Positions 21,118 to 33,166 of a stretch of DNA of 64,000 nucleotides are shown piece after piece. How positions within the stretch are numbered: the first letter of the stretch is position 1; each line of letters starts with the position of its first letter. Origin of the DNA: an uncultured delta proteobacterium (GTDB lineage Bacteria > Desulfobacterota > Binatia > Bin18); assembly GCA_963733195.1 (NCBI GenBank), contig CAVTCR010000062.1, positions 1-64,000 on the forward strand, written 5' to 3'. The notes under the pieces are model-generated. The model was not told where the DNA came from and ran no database searches. It saw only the letters and a program-made list of their open reading frames with translations. The translations under genes and the position numbers were made by a program.

Positions 21118-22414
21118 AGAACAGACGGAAGAGGGAATCAAAACTCTGGCAGACGCTCTAGTGATAGTCGATCATACTGGGGAACGATATTGGGAGGCCG
21201 AACTCTACCGGCTCAAAGGCGAGTTCCTCTTAGGACTATGAGACAAAACCCGAGCGGAGCAGGATGATACATGCGGCCAATTCGAGCCATCCCAAATAGC
21301 GATGCGCCGAGCGATCAAACCGGCGGAACACCCGCCCAAACTGCGCAAAGAAATTATGGCAGCGTTCCACCGCATTGCGAATCTTGCCTACGCCCGGCTG
21401 GCGGTGCCACGTTTGGGCGCTAGCAAACGAAACCCCGCCCATCGGGCCCGTTCCTGGCTCGGGCCATTGCCATAGGCCCCATCGGCCTGCGCCCGCGGTA
21501 AGTCGCGCGGGTCGAGACACGGGCCAGGGAACTCCGCCACAGGCGGTTGTACCACCAGGGCCTGCAGCACGTCCTCGGTTTGACAGCCATCATTTGCATT
21601 GGCTCCGGTCACCACGACCCCCAGCGGCATGGCGCGGGCATCACAGGCTAAGTGCAGCGCCGTCCCGCACTTGCCGCGATCCACGGGGCTGGGCCCCGTC
21701 TGCTCGCCCCTTTTTTTGCGGGCTTCTTGGAGCCATCGAGCAACACCTCGTCCCAATTGATCCCCTGCAGAGCTTCATAGCGTTGGGCCAATTGCTGCCA
21801 CGCCCGGCGAAAGGCCTCCTGTTCCAACCAGACCTTGAGCCGCCGCTGGACCGTTTTGTAGGACGGAAAGCCGGAGGGCAGCATCCGCCACCCGATTCCC
21901 GTCACCAAGACATAGAGCACGGCATGCAGACACGCCCGGTTGTCATAGGGGGGACATCCGTTCCCACACCCGACCACCGGTGGGAGAATCGGCGCAAAGA
22001 GCATCCACACGTCCTCGGGCACCTTCCGAGCAAAGTCCGTGAGTTGCATAGCAACACCTCCTGGCGGCAGTGATCAGCCCTGCCACTATAAAGTCCCAAA
22101 GAGGTTTTGTCCCATAGTCCTTAAGAACGATGCCTCTGAGAGCAAAAGGAAAAGGCCGGAAAGGCCGGGAACCGGCGAACGGAGAAGTGCAGGCCGAGCA
22201 ATGTTTTCAGACGGCCTTGAAGATCGCGCAACAGCAACAGGCGAAGTCGTTAGAACTGCGGGCGGCAGCGAGCCTGGGACGATTGTGGCAGCGACAGGAC
22301 AAGGCAAAACAAGCTCACAAGCTGTTGTCCGAGATCTACAGATGGTTCACCGAGGGATTTGAGACGAAAGACTTGCAAGAGGCGAAGGCTTTGCTAGAAG
22401 AGTTAAACCTGTAA
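21118..22414 (+). pseudogene. C-terminal TPR remnant of an adenylate cyclase/AAA-ATPase paralogue, split by an IS
   Basis: Left of IS: EEGIKTLADALVIVDHTGERYWEAELYRLKGEFLL. Right of IS: RTMP...[25 protein letters not shown]...WFTEGFETKDLQEAK. Paralogous to 34774-35406. Confidence 0.85.
21233..22120 (-). mobile_element. IS5-family (IS427-like) element, 888 bp
   Basis: 18-bp IRs GGACTATGAGACAAAACC / GGTTTTGTCCCATAGTCC (1 mismatch), TTA target duplication, orfA (VLVTGIGWRMLP) and orfB (SPVDRGKCGT, ADGAY, VER) joined at an A7G4 slippery site. Confidence 0.93.
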
Positions 22415-22467
22415 AAATCTGAACACGATGTGATAGACAGTGACAGGTACCTTCTATCTTCTGAGAG

Positions 22468-23226
22468 TCAGGAAAATATTAGATTCCCAATCCTTATCTG
22501 CGCTCCACGGCGACGCCGCGACCGGCGCGATTTCTCATTCGGTTGTTGCGTGGTCGTATTGGCTTGTGCAGCTTCAGGCGGTCTAGCATTTTGGTGTGTC
22601 GGGGATCGGGGAGGCTCTTCTCTACGTTGTCCTTGTGGGCGTGGCTCTGGTCGCCTTTGTTCTTGCCCTCGCGTACGAAGATCCGAGCGGTTTTGTTGTT
22701 GCCCTCGCCTACGAGTATCCGAGCTTTGTTCTTGCCCCGGAGGCTGGATGTCCTGACGGTCTTGCTCCTGCGATCTTTGTTCCTGCGGTTGCGGCCGAGG
22801 CCGGGAACGGCGCTGGCGATAGCGTGGCGGCTCGGCAGTCTCATGTATCTCCTGTGGCCGGTAGCGACTAATGGGGTGGTCTGCTGCTGACACCTCCGCC
22901 TCAGAGGAATAGGAGGGGACGTCGCCACGTTCTAGGACAATATCATCTTGGTACAAGTCGTAGATCTTGATCGTGGAGGCACGAAGCCCTTTGGAAGTCC
23001 AGCCAACATCAAAGCCGACCCGCATTCCTGGCCGCAGAAAGTTGATGTCCTGACGCGGTGCCCCAAGCAGCGTCACAAACGCGAAGATAAAAGGGATCTC
23101 TTTACCGCTGTCACTGTGGATAACGCCGGTCTCGTTACTCCAGAAGATCTTACTAATGACGCCGTGGTAGAAGTTGTCCCTCGGTTGCTCTCCGTCATTG
23201 TTGGTGAGGTGTGTATCTTTTTCCAC
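22468..23226 (-). CDS. Hypothetical protein: cold-shock/OB-fold-like N-domain plus Q/R/P-rich repetitive tail
   Basis: YHGVISKI...GVIHSDSGKEIPF...LRPGMRVGFDV..TSKGLRA; begins 3 nt after the ilvB stop. Confidence 0.65.
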   Translation of the reverse strand: MEKDTHLTNNDGEQPRDNFYHGVISKIFWSNETGVIHSDSGKEIPFIFAFVTLLGAPRQDINFLRPGMRVGFDVGWTSKGLRASTIKIYDLYQDDIVLERGDVPSYSSEAEVSAADHPISRYRPQEIHETAEPPRYRQRRSRPRPQPQEQRSQEQDRQDIQPPGQEQSSDTRRRGQQQNRSDLRTRGQEQRRPEPRPQGQRREEPPRSPTHQNARPPEAAQANTTTQQPNEKSRRSRRRRGAQIRIGNLIFS

Positions 23227-23229
23227 GGC

Positions 23230-24948
23230 TTATGCGAAGAGCATCTCGTGCATGGCGCTCCCGGCTGGCACCATCGGGAACACACCTTCACTTTGTGGAA
23301 TGACGACATCCACCATCGCCGGACCGGGCGTAGCAAACGCTTCTTTGAGAGTCTTTGAAAGATCTTTCGCTTTTTCCACGCGGAACCCCGCCGCGCCATA
23401 GGCTTCTGCCAATTTAACAAAATTCGGCATCGCCTCCATGTACGAATGCGAGTAGCGTCCGTCGTAGAACTTTTCCTGCCACTGACGGACCATACCAAGG
23501 TAGTAGTTGTTCATAATCACGACCTTGACCGGGACTTTATACTGCACTGCGGTGGCTAATTCTTGAATGTTCATCTGAATACTGCCGTCGCCACTCACCA
23601 CCACGATCGGTCGGTCAGGTGCAGCGAAATAGGCACCGATACCTGCTGGGAGACCATATCCCATCGTCCCAAGTCCGCCGGATGTTAACCAAGACCGAGG
23701 GCGATCGAACGGCATCATCTGTGCGGTCCACATTTGATGTTGTCCGACATCTGTCACAACAATCGCCTCTCCTCTGGTAATCGTATGTAGTTCTTCAAGG
23801 ATGTCGCGCGGTCTGGCATTCTCTTCCGACTGACCGTGCTCATATGGGAGCGGCTTCTCCTCTTTCCACTGCATGATCATCTTATGCCACTCTGTCCATA
23901 CTTTTTGCCGTGGAGCCAAGCTCTCTTGGCTTTTCACCTTCTTGAGCATGGCACTGACAACTTCTTTAATATCGCCGACGATGGGAATGTGCACTTTGAT
24001 ATTCTTACTGATCGAGGCCGGATCAATATCGACATGGATAATGGTTTTGGCATTCGGCGCGAAGTCCGCGAGACGGCCAGTGACCCGATCATCAAAGCGT
24101 GCGCCAATAGCGATCAGCGTATCACAATTCTGTACTGCCATGTTGGTCCAGTACCCACCGTGCATTCCTAACATGCCAAGACACAGAGAATCAGAACTCG
24201 GAAACACCCCAAGCGCCATCACCGTTGTGGTAATCGGGATCTTGAGCCCGCGTACGAGTTCGGTTAGCGGAGCAGCCGCATCAGACCACTGCACTCCTCC
24301 ACCAACATAGAAAAGTGGCCGTTCTGATTTCTCAATTGCCTCGAGCGCCTTGTCAATCTGGCGATCGTTGCCTTTGAGTGTGGGCTTATAGCCGCGAATC
24401 TCAACGGTATCAGGATACTTAAAGGGTGCCGTCGCGTTCTGCACATCTTTGGGTAAGTCAACCAGCACTGGTCCTGGGCGCCCACTGCCTGCGATGTAAA
24501 ATGCTTCTTTCATCACCCGAGCGACATCGTTCACATTACGGATGAGGTAGTTATGCTTGGTACAGGGGCGGGTGATCCCCATGAGGTCGGCCTCTTGAAA
24601 GGCGTCGTTGCCAATCATGTTTGTCGGAACCTGACCAGTGATCACCACGATCGGCGTCGAGTCCATGTACGCATCGGCGATCCCCGTAACGGTGTTCGTC
24701 GCCCCAGGACCAGAGGTCACAAGACAAACACCAGGACGACCGGATACGCGCGCATATCCTTCCGCCATATGTGCCGCGCCCTGCTCATGGCGCACGAGAA
24801 TATGTCGTAATGCCGGAGTCTGCATCAAAGCATCATACGTTGGCAGGATCGCACCACCCGGATAACCGAAAATGGTATCGACCCCTTCAGCCAACAGGCT
24901 TTCAATCACGATTTGTGCGCCAGTCATTGTTTTCATGTGTGTCCCCAC
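23230..24948 (-). CDS. ilvB: Acetolactate synthase large subunit
   Basis: FGYPGG, RHEQGA, TSGPGATN, DVGQHQMW, GDGS, LGMVRQWQ. Confidence 0.96.
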   Translation of the reverse strand: MGTHMKTMTGAQIVIESLLAEGVDTIFGYPGGAILPTYDALMQTPALRHILVRHEQGAAHMAEGYARVSGRPGVCLVTSGPGATNTVTGIADAYMDSTPIVVITGQVPTNMIGNDAFQEADLMGITRPCTKHNYLIRNVNDVARVMKEAFYIAGSGRPGPVLVDLPKDVQNATAPFKYPDTVEIRGYKPTLKGNDRQIDKALEAIEKSERPLFYVGGGVQWSDAAAPLTELVRGLKIPITTTVMALGVFPSSDSLCLGMLGMHGGYWTNMAVQNCDTLIAIGARFDDRVTGRLADFAPNAKTIIHVDIDPASISKNIKVHIPIVGDIKEVVSAMLKKVKSQESLAPRQKVWTEWHKMIMQWKEEKPLPYEHGQSEENARPRDILEELHTITRGEAIVVTDVGQHQMWTAQMMPFDRPRSWLTSGGLGTMGYGLPAGIGAYFAAPDRPIVVVSGDGSIQMNIQELATAVQYKVPVKVVIMNNYYLGMVRQWQEKFYDGRYSHSYMEAMPNFVKLAEAYGAAGFRVEKAKDLSKTLKEAFATPGPAMVDVVIPQSEGVFPMVPAGSAMHEMLFA

Positions 24949-25310
24949 TTACTGCTGAGAAGGCGGGTGATCTTATCGGCTCGTCTAACCGAGCGCAAGG
25001 TGAATGAATATTGAGAGCACCCAAAGAGACGATGCGCTGTCGGCAGCTTCTCGATATATTGTCCTCTATGCAATTGACCCACCATTTATTACGATTCTAT
25101 GACAAAGACGAAAATTTTTCACTCACTATATTTTGTAACGCCCGTACTTTTGGCGTTATATTTCCCATATTTCCTAAAAAAAATAAAAATCGATATTGTT
25201 TTAGCTGAGTTTCTTTGCTTAGAATACAAAAAATAACTTGACAAAAGGGCAAATAGTCAACTATTTATTAGCCCCCCGAGGCCCTCTGCCTCAATAAATT
25301 AGGAATTGCT

Positions 25311-25847
25311 ATGGAACTTGATAACGTCGACCGCCATATTCTGTCGATTTTGCAAGAGGACTGCACTCTGCAACTTGCCAAGATTGGCGAACGTGTGGGG
25401 CTTTCGGCTCCCTCAGTCGCCGAGCGGATTAAGAAGCTCGAGGACAATGGCGTCATTCGCGGCTACACAGCAATACTCGATGCCCGCAAGTTGGGGAAGG
25501 ATATTACCGCCTTTATTGGTGTGTTCATTGATCACCCCAAGTTGATCAAAAGTTTCGAGAAAGAAATTGACCGCATGGAAGCTGTGCAAGAATGTCATCA
25601 CATTACTGGAGAACACACCGTCTTATTGAAGGTAAAAGTCGATAACACCTCAGCACTGGAAGAACTGATTCGTCGCATTCGTTCAATTGATGGGGTGATG
25701 CGGACGGAAACCTCGATCGTTTTGTCCACATACACAGAAGGGCTGTGGATGGATCTGAAGGAACGTCCCAAACCTGTCGAATCAGAAAAGAATCATAAAG
25801 GACATGGCGAAACTGTCGTTCCGCTGAAGCTGAGACGTGGGAGCTGA
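25311..25847 (+). CDS. Lrp/AsnC family transcriptional regulator
   Basis: LDNVDRHILSILQED, VGLSAPSVAERIKKLE, ECHHITGE. Confidence 0.93.
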   Translation: MELDNVDRHILSILQEDCTLQLAKIGERVGLSAPSVAERIKKLEDNGVIRGYTAILDARKLGKDITAFIGVFIDHPKLIKSFEKEIDRMEAVQECHHITGEHTVLLKVKVDNTSALEELIRRIRSIDGVMRTETSIVLSTYTEGLWMDLKERPKPVESEKNHKGHGETVVPLKLRRGS

Positions 25848-25947
25848 CGAGCAAACAGAGACAGAGAGTTGAGACAGAGATAGAGACAGAGAAATAAGCT
25901 ACAGGCTGGAGGCAAGAGGGGAGGAGGCAGTCCTGGGGAGGACATCC

Positions 25948-25972
25948 TGTAGCCCACGGCGTGAGCCGTGGG
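25948..25972. repeat. GTAG-type REP-like hairpin upstream of gltB
   Basis: GTAGCCCACGGCGTGAGCCGTGGG (CCCACGGC/GCCGTGGG stem). Confidence 0.6.
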
Positions 25973-26015
25973 GAAATAGACAGCAAAAGACAGTTCAGGA
26001 GAAGGGAGCGCGCGT

Positions 26016-29000
26016 ATGACACAGATCGGTATTCCTCCCAAACAGGGCTTGTACAATCCCCAGTTTGAACATGATGCCTGTGGTATCGGGTTTGTGGTCA
26101 ATATCAAGGGTAAGAAGTCCCACACGATTGTCAAACAAGCCCTCACGATCTTAAAAAACTTGGATCACCGTGGTGCGCGCGGTTGTGAGGAAGCAACTGG
26201 TGACGGTGCTGGTATTCTGTTTCAACTACCACACTCCTTTTTCCAGCATACGTGCGCGACGCTTGGCATCGGCTTGCCGGAAGCAGGACAGTACGGCGTG
26301 GGCATGGTTTTCCTCCCACCTGATACCGAACAGCGCCGCGCTATCGAGCAACGCGTAGAAGCAATCGTGCGTGAGGAAGGCCAAGAACTCCTGGGCTGGC
26401 GCGATGTCCCGGTCGATAACAGTGATCTCGGCGCCTCAGCCAAAGCCGCCGAACCAGTGATCCGGCAGATTTTCATCGGCCGGAACGTCGTAGGGAAAGA
26501 CGCGCTGGCGTTCGAGCGCAAGCTGTATGTCATTCGGCGACGTTCTGCGCGCGAGATTCGCTACAGTGGCGTGGCTGGCGGCCGGTATTTCTATGCACCG
26601 AGCATATCGAGCCGCACCATCATCTATAAAGGTATGCTGACCCCGGGACAGGTCGGCACTTTTTACCGCGACCTGTCTGATCCGGCGATGGAATCGGCCA
26701 TTGCGGTCGTGCATTCGCGTTTCAGCACCAACACCTTTCCCAGTTGGGAGCGCGCCCACCCGTATCGTTATCTAATCCACAACGGTGAAATTAATACGCT
26801 GCGTGGCAACGAGAACTGGATGCATGCGCGACAGGCGATGCTGGCATCACCGCTGTTTGGTGATGACCTGCGCAAATTGTTTCCCATTATGCAAGAAGAC
26901 GGGAGTGACTCGAGCAAATTCGACAATTGCTTGGAGTTCCTTGTCCTGAGTGGACGTTCCCTCCCCCACGCGGTGATGATGATGATCCCTGAGCCGTGGG
27001 AGGGTCACGAGAACATGAGCGCGGAGAAGCGCGCGTTTTACGAGTACCACAGCAGTCTGATGGAACCGTGGGATGGCCCGGCGTCGATCGGCTTTACTGA
27101 TGGCGTACGGGTCGGTGCGATTCTGGATCGCAACGGGTTACGACCGTCGCGGTACTACGTGACCAAAGACGATCTCCTCATCCTGGCTTCTGAAGTCGGC
27201 GTACTGGACGTCCCACCAGAAATGGTCCTGGAGAAACGCCGCCTTCAACCTGGTCGCATGCTTCTGGTTGATACCGAGAAGGGCCGCATCATTAGTGATG
27301 AGGAGATCAAGCAGGAAATTGCCACAGCCTACCCATATGGTGAGTGGCTCACCAAACATACTGTGCATTTTGACGATCTGCCGACGCCCAAAGACACCGA
27401 ACCTGTCTACAACCACCGGGCAACGCTGCAATGGCAACAGGCATTCGGTTACAATTTTGAGGATCTCAAGGTCAACATCGGACCAATGGCGCAGAACGGT
27501 ATCCAGCCGATCGGTTCGATGGGTACCGATACGCCGTTGGCTGTACTCTCTGATCGCCCACAGTTGCTGTACAACTATTTCAAGCAACTGTTTGCCCAGG
27601 TCACCAATCCGCCGATTGATCCGATTCGCGAAGAACTGATTACTTCAACGACGCTCACTATTGGTTCTGAAGGGAACCTCATTGATCCGCAGCCCAATAG
27701 TTGTCATCAACTGCGGCTCTCGACGCCGATTCTGAGAAACTCAGAAATGGAGAAGCTGCGACAACTCGATCAACCAGGGATCAAGTCGGTCACGCTGCCT
27801 ATTCTCTTCAACCCGAAAGAAGGCAAAGCTGGGCTGGAACAAGCAATCGAAGCCTTGTGCCAAGCGGCAGATAAAGCCATCGAAAACGGGGCAACGATTC
27901 TCATTCTGTCGGATAAAGGCGTTGACCGCGCCCACGCTGCAATTCCTGCCCTGCTCGCGTCGGCCGGTCTGCATCATCACCTCATCCGCACTGGCACCCG
28001 CACCCGAGTGGGGTTAGTGCTGGAGTCAGGGGAACCGCGCGAAGTACACCACTTCTGTCTTTTGCTCGGCTATGGCATCCAAGCCTTCAATCCCTATATG
28101 GCTTACGAGTGCCTGAACGACATGATTCATGAAGGGATGCTCAACCTCACCTATTACGATGCGGTGAAGGGCTACAACAAAGCTGTGGTCAAAGGTGTAG
28201 TGAAGGTGATGGCTAAGATGGGCATCTCTACCATTAAGTCATATTGTGGCGCACAGATCTTTGAGGCAGTCGGTCTTGGTCAAGAACTGATCGACAAATA
28301 CTTCACTTGGACCCCGTCTCGCATCGGTGGTATCGGCCTGGATGCAGTCGCACGCGAAGCTGTGCAGCAGCATGCCAAAGCCTTCCCGGAGATTCCGCTT
28401 GATGGGCACACACTGGAAGTCCAGGGTCAGTACCAATATCGCTCTGGTGGTGAATTACACCTCTTCAACCCGAAGACGATCCACTTGCTGCAGAAAGCCT
28501 GCCGCGTCAACGATTACGCGGTGTTTAAAGAGTACAGCAAATTGATTGACGATCAGTCTGAGCGTATGGCGACGTTACGCGGCTTAATGCAATTGAAGTT
28601 CTCTTGCACTCCGATTCCGCTTGAAGAGGTTGAGCCGGTTGATGTTATCGTCAAGCGCTTTAAGACCGGCGCAATGTCGTACGGTTCGATCAGTAAGGAA
28701 GCGCATGAAGCACTCGCCATTGCTATGAACCGTATCGGCGGCAAGAGTAACACCGGCGAAGGTGGCGAAGATCCTGCCCGCTATACGCTTGATGCGAACG
28801 GTGATTCGCGCAATAGCGCGATTAAGCAGGTGGCCTCGGGTCGCTTTGGTGTGACGAGTTATTATCTTACTCAGGCCAAGGAACTTCAAATCAAGATGGC
28901 CCAGGGTGCTAAGCCGGGTGAAGGTGGCGAGCTCCCTGGACGGAAAGTCTATCCGTGGATCGCCAAAGTACGGCATTCGACTCCTGGTGTTGGCTTGATC

Positions 29001-30611
29001 TCACCGCCACCACATCATGATATCTACTCGATCGAGGACTTAGCACAACTTATCCACGATCTCAAAAACGCCAATGATAAAGCACGAATCAGTGTGAAAC
29101 TGGTGTCCGAAATCGGGGTCGGGACCATCGCTGCAGGTGTTGCCAAAGGCCATGCGGATGTGGTGCTCATTAGCGGGCACGACGGAGGTACTGGTGCGTC
29201 TCCACAAACTAGCATCAAACATGCTGGCCTCCCGTGGGAGCTAGGCGTGGCAGAAACACACCAAACCTTGGTACTGAACAACTTGCGTAGCCGTATTGTG
29301 GTCGAAACCGACGGCCAGCTCAAAACAGGTCGTGATGCGGTGATTGCTGCGCTACTTGGTGCGGAAGAGTTTGGCTTTGCGACGACTGGCTTAGTCGCGT
29401 TGGGATGTATCATGATGCGCGTGTGTCATCTCGATACCTGCCCGGTTGGTATTGCCACGCAAAACCCTGAACTGCGCAAGAAATTCACCGGCGACCCTGC
29501 CTCCGTCGTGAACTTTATGTACATGATTGCGCGAGAGATGCGTGAACTGATGGCGCAGCTTGGTTTTCGTACAGTCAATGAGATGGTCGGCCGCACCGAC
29601 AAGTTGGAAATGACGTACGCGGTCGAACACTGGAAAGCCAAAGGGCTGAACTACTCGGCAATGCTCTACCAACCGCAGGTTGGCCCAGACATAGGCCGTT
29701 ATTGTCAGATTGCTCAGAATCACGGCCTTGATAATGCGCTCGATAACCAAGTGTTACTACAGCTCGCGCAGCCTGCGCTTGAACGCCGAGAAAAGGTTGA
29801 AGCGACACTGCCGATCCGTAATATCAATCGGGTTGTAGGTACAATTCTTGGCAGTGAAGTGACGCGTCGCTTTGGGCCGAAAGGTCTGCACGAGGATACG
29901 ATTCACTTTCGTTTCCAAGGGTCAGCAGGACAGAGTTTTGGTGCCTTCATACCGCGCGGTATGCTACTAGAACTCGAAGGCGATGCCAATGACTATTGCG
30001 GGAAAGGACTCTCAGGTGGGAAGATTGTCGCCTATCCACCGGCAGGTTCGACCTTTGTCCCCGAGGATAACATCATCATCGGTAACGTTGCTTTCTACGG
30101 TGCCACTGGTGGTGAAGCCTACATTCGTGGCATGGCAGGAGAGCGTTTCGGTGTCCGTAACAGCGGCGTGTGGGCGGTCGTCGAAGGTGTAGGTGATCAC
30201 GGTTGTGAATACATGACTGGTGGTCGTGTTGTCGTACTCGGTAAGACTGGGCGCAATTTCGCCGCCGGCATGTCCGGTGGTGTTGCGTATGTTCTCGACG
30301 AGGACAGCACTTTCGCCAGTCACTGTAATCAAGAAACGGTTTCACTTGACCGCATGGAAGAGTGGGATATTCAAGAACTGGAAAAACTTATCTGGAAGCA
30401 TATATCACACACTAATAGTGATCGCGCTCGGCACATCTTGACTTATTGGAATGATTTTGCACAGAAATTCGTGAAAGTTATGCCCAAGGATTACAAACGC
30501 ATGCTCGATGCTGTGCGTGAAGCCGAGCAACAAGGGCATATGGGTGACGAGGCAGTCATGGCTGCATTCGAAGCCAATAAGAATGACGCCGCGCGGGTAA
30601 GTGGAAATTAA
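26016..30611 (+). CDS. gltB: Glutamate synthase large subunit
   Basis: [47 protein letters not shown]. Confidence 0.98.
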   Translation: MTQIGIPPKQGLYNPQFEHDACGIGFVVNIKGKKSHTIVKQALTILKNLDHRGARGCEEATGDGAGILFQLPHSFFQHTCATLGIGLPEAGQYGVGMVFLPPDTEQRRAIEQRVEAIVREEGQELLGWRDVPVDNSDLGASAKAAEPVIRQIFIGRNVVGKDALAFERKLYVIRRRSAREIRYSGVAGGRYFYAPSISSRTIIYKGMLTPGQVGTFYRDLSDPAMESAIAVVHSRFSTNTFPSWERAHPYRYLIHNGEINTLRGNENWMHARQAMLASPLFGDDLRKLFPIMQEDGSDSSKFDNCLEFLVLSGRSLPHAVMMMIPEPWEGHENMSAEKRAFYEYHSSLMEPWDGPASIGFTDGVRVGAILDRNGLRPSRYYVTKDDLLILASEVGVLDVPPEMVLEKRRLQPGRMLLVDTEKGRIISDEEIKQEIATAYPYGEWLTKHTVHFDDLPTPKDTEPVYNHRATLQWQQAFGYNFEDLKVNIGPMAQNGIQPIGSMGTDTPLAVLSDRPQLLYNYFKQLFAQVTNPPIDPIREELITSTTLTIGSEGNLIDPQPNSCHQLRLSTPILRNSEMEKLRQLDQPGIKSVTLPILFNPKEGKAGLEQAIEALCQAADKAIENGATILILSDKGVDRAHAAIPALLASAGLHHHLIRTGTRTRVGLVLESGEPREVHHFCLLLGYGIQAFNPYMAYECLNDMIHEGMLNLTYYDAVKGYNKAVVKGVVKVMAKMGISTIKSYCGAQIFEAVGLGQELIDKYFTWTPSRIGGIGLDAVAREAVQQHAKAFPEIPLDGHTLEVQGQYQYRSGGELHLFNPKTIHLLQKACRVNDYAVFKEYSKLIDDQSERMATLRGLMQLKFSCTPIPLEEVEPVDVIVKRFKTGAMSYGSISKEAHEALAIAMNRIGGKSNTGEGGEDPARYTLDANGDSRNSAIKQVASGRFGVTSYYLTQAKELQIKMAQGAKPGEGGELPGRKVYPWIAKVRHSTPGVGLISPPPHHDIYSIEDLAQLIHDLKNANDKARISVKLVSEIGVGTIAAGVAKGHADVVLISGHDGGTGASPQTSIKHAGLPWELGVAETHQTLVLNNLRSRIVVETDGQLKTGRDAVIAALLGAEEFGFATTGLVALGCIMMRVCHLDTCPVGIATQNPELRKKFTGDPASVVNFMYMIAREMRELMAQLGFRTVNEMVGRTDKLEMTYAVEHWKAKGLNYSAMLYQPQVGPDIGRYCQIAQNHGLDNALDNQVLLQLAQPALERREKVEATLPIRNINRVVGTILGSEVTRRFGPKGLHEDTIHFRFQGSAGQSFGAFIPRGMLLELEGDANDYCGKGLSGGKIVAYPPAGSTFVPEDNIIIGNVAFYGATGGEAYIRGMAGERFGVRNSGVWAVVEGVGDHGCEYMTGGRVVVLGKTGRNFAAGMSGGVAYVLDEDSTFASHCNQETVSLDRMEEWDIQELEKLIWKHISHTNSDRARHILTYWNDFAQKFVKVMPKDYKRMLDAVREAEQQGHMGDEAVMAAFEANKNDAARVSGN

Positions 30612-30723
30612 AACGTAAAAGAAACAGGAGAAGCCTGAGTTTTATTTTACGCTTTACGTTTCACGTTTTACGTCATTCCACCTGACCTTTCAGTTCTGGG
30701 TAGTATAAGGAGTTGTAGCAGGC

Positions 30724-32208
30724 ATGGGCAAACCAACTGGCTTTATGGAATTCCAGCGTGAGCTGCCTGTTGATCGTTCCCCACTCGCGCGGGTAAACGA
30801 TTGGCAGGAGTTCCACGAGCATTTTCCCGAAAGTAAATTGCAGCAACAAGGTGCACGTTGCATGGATTGTGGTATTCCATTTTGTCACACCGGCCAACTT
30901 ATTAGTGGCATGGCGTCAGGATGTCCGGTCAACAACCTGATCCCTGAGTGGAACGACCTCGTCTACCGTGGTCTATGGAAAGAAGCTCTCGAACGACTCC
31001 ACAAGACCAACAATTTTCCCGAGTTCACTGGTCGTGTCTGCCCTGCTCCGTGTGAAGGTTCATGTGTCTTAGGAATGAACGAACCAGCGGTGACGATCAA
31101 AAACATCGAATGTTCGATTATCGACAAAGGCTTTGCCCAAGGTTGGGTCAAGCCTGAGCCACCGGAGAAACGCACCGGCAAAAAGGTCGCCGTCGTCGGC
31201 TCAGGTCCGGCGGGCCTCGCCTGCGCAGCGCAACTCAATCGCGCCGGACATCTAGTGACAGTGTACGAACGTGCCGATCGTATCGGCGGATTGCTGATGT
31301 ATGGCATTCCCAACATGAAACTGGAGAAGCAGATCGTCCAACGCCGCCTCGACCTGATGGCCGCAGAAGGAGTGAAGTTCGTTACCAACACTGACATTGG
31401 TCGTCATATTCCTGCAACCCAACTCCAGCAAGAGTTTGACGCCATTGTCTATTGTGGTGGAGCAACGAAGCCTCGTGACTTACCGATCGAAGGGCGTAAT
31501 CTCAAAGGTATCCATTTCGCGATGGAGTTTCTCCACGCTAACACCAAAAGCCTGCTGGACTCCAACCTGACCGACGGCAACTATATCTCCGCGAAAGACA
31601 AGCATGTGATTGTCGTTGGTGGCGGAGATACCGGCACTGACTGCGTCGGTACCTCAATGCGACACGGGTGTAAAAGTCTCACCCAGTTAGAAATTCTTGC
31701 CTGCCCACCGGACACCCGAGCAGCTGATAATCCTTGGCCAGAGTGGCCCAAGGTGTACAAACTCGATTACGGCCAAGAAGAAGCCAAAGCCCGCTTTGGC
31801 GATGACCCGCGGGTGTATCTGACGACTGGAGAAAAATTTGTCGGTGACACTAACGGCAATGTTAAAGAGCTGCATATCGTCGATGTCGCATGGGGCAAAG
31901 ATGCGAAAGGTGTCTTCGGTCCGCAGAGAGTGCCTGGATCAGAACGCGTGTTGAAAGCCGACCTCGTGCTGCTGGCGATGGGTTTTCTTGGTCCAGAAGA
32001 CGCGGTGTTGGAACAGCTCAACGTCAAACGCGATGCACGGTCAAATGCCGCGGCAGACTACGGCAAGTACACAACCAGTGTTGAAGGCGTGTTCGCTGCC
32101 GGCGACTGCCGTCGCGGCCAAAGCCTTATCGTCTGGGCCATCAACGAAGGACGTGGCGCAGCACGAGAATGTGATCGGTATCTCATGGGCGGGACGAATC
32201 TGCCGTAG
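30724..32208 (+). CDS. gltD: Glutamate synthase small subunit
   Basis: [48 protein letters not shown]. Confidence 0.97.
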   Translation: MGKPTGFMEFQRELPVDRSPLARVNDWQEFHEHFPESKLQQQGARCMDCGIPFCHTGQLISGMASGCPVNNLIPEWNDLVYRGLWKEALERLHKTNNFPEFTGRVCPAPCEGSCVLGMNEPAVTIKNIECSIIDKGFAQGWVKPEPPEKRTGKKVAVVGSGPAGLACAAQLNRAGHLVTVYERADRIGGLLMYGIPNMKLEKQIVQRRLDLMAAEGVKFVTNTDIGRHIPATQLQQEFDAIVYCGGATKPRDLPIEGRNLKGIHFAMEFLHANTKSLLDSNLTDGNYISAKDKHVIVVGGGDTGTDCVGTSMRHGCKSLTQLEILACPPDTRAADNPWPEWPKVYKLDYGQEEAKARFGDDPRVYLTTGEKFVGDTNGNVKELHIVDVAWGKDAKGVFGPQRVPGSERVLKADLVLLAMGFLGPEDAVLEQLNVKRDARSNAAADYGKYTTSVEGVFAAGDCRRGQSLIVWAINEGRGAARECDRYLMGGTNLP

Positions 32209-32351
32209 TCCTCCAGAGAACGTCGAAAGGTTAGGCTAGGCCGTTCAGTTCGTTCTTTCCCCTAAGAATCGCTGCAACCTCTTGAGTCACAGTGCGGCAT
32301 CGCATACAAAAAAGAAGTGCCGATGAAACACTTTGAGGAGGACATCACACG

Positions 32352-32605
32352 ATGAAGCCAGTGACCGTTTACACGACCGATTATTGCGGTTTCTGTGTAG
32401 CCGCAAAAACTTTACTCAAAAGCAAAGATATTCCCTTCCAAGAAGTTGACGTAACCAAAGACCAAGCACTACGTCAAGAAGTGGTCAAACGCTCCGGACG
32501 ACGCACGGTGCCGCAGATCTTCATTGGTGATGAATCGATCGGTGGCTTCACCGAACTCAAAGCGTTGTCTGACAAGGGCGAGTTAGCAGCAAGCTTGCAG
32601 ATTAA
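32352..32605 (+). CDS. grxC: Glutaredoxin 3-like protein
   Basis: CGFC, RTVPQIFI, IGGF. The likely true stop TAA at 32603-32605 is missed because of a 1-nt deletion. Confidence 0.85.
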
Positions 32606-32731
32606 AAAGATAAAGCGTAAAACGCAAAAAGCAGGCATGGGGAGTTTACGTATCATGTTTGACGCATCACGTATCACGTCAAACGCATCACGTTCCGTGC
32701 ATTACGTTTGACGTCTAAAGGAGGGAAGATT

Positions 32732-33040
32732 ATGGCACTCTACCTTGATGAAATCTGGTTGAGAGATCCGAGTCCAGAACGTGCGAAGGAATTCGTTCGC
32801 ATGATCGGCCAGGCAGCAAAAAGTCCCGCGAATGTCGGAGCCCCAGCAGAAGTGAAGATGATCGCTGGTCCGTGGGCGTCGAATGAAGAAGCCAAGATAC
32901 TATTCGTCGTTGACATCCCAAACCACACGGCAACCTTTCAGGTCTTCTCGAAATTCGTCTCGCAGGGCTTGATTGAAAAGCGTCGCCTGACGCCGATTGT
33001 CGACTGGAGCGAAGTGGAAAAAGCGTCGAGTCAGTGGTGA
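32732..33040 (+). CDS. Small ferredoxin-like-fold hypothetical protein (DUF3303-like)
   Basis: GGAGG RBS; VKMIAGPW...ILFVVDI...RLTPI pattern. Confidence 0.6.
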   Translation: MALYLDEIWLRDPSPERAKEFVRMIGQAAKSPANVGAPAEVKMIAGPWASNEEAKILFVVDIPNHTATFQVFSKFVSQGLIEKRRLTPIVDWSEVEKASSQW

Positions 33041-33166
33041 CGTCTAACTCATGAAACGGAGATCTGAAGAACGAACCGGAGAACCAGGGAGTGGGAGAAT
33101 CGGAGAAGAAGACAGTTGTTCCTTTTCTCTTTTCCCCGCTTCCCCGTTTCACCAATTTCCCACCGT

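Noticed and set aside
22655-22740. CRISPR-like 33-36-bp periodicity
   Set aside because: Degenerate tandem coding repeats with no unique spacers and no cas genes.
32606-32711. C-terminal extension of the glutaredoxin (KKIKRK...ASRITSNASR)
   Set aside because: Translates an intergenic heptamer repeat after a probable 1-nt deletion; restoring GCA AAG CTT GCA GAT TAA gives a normal-length Grx.
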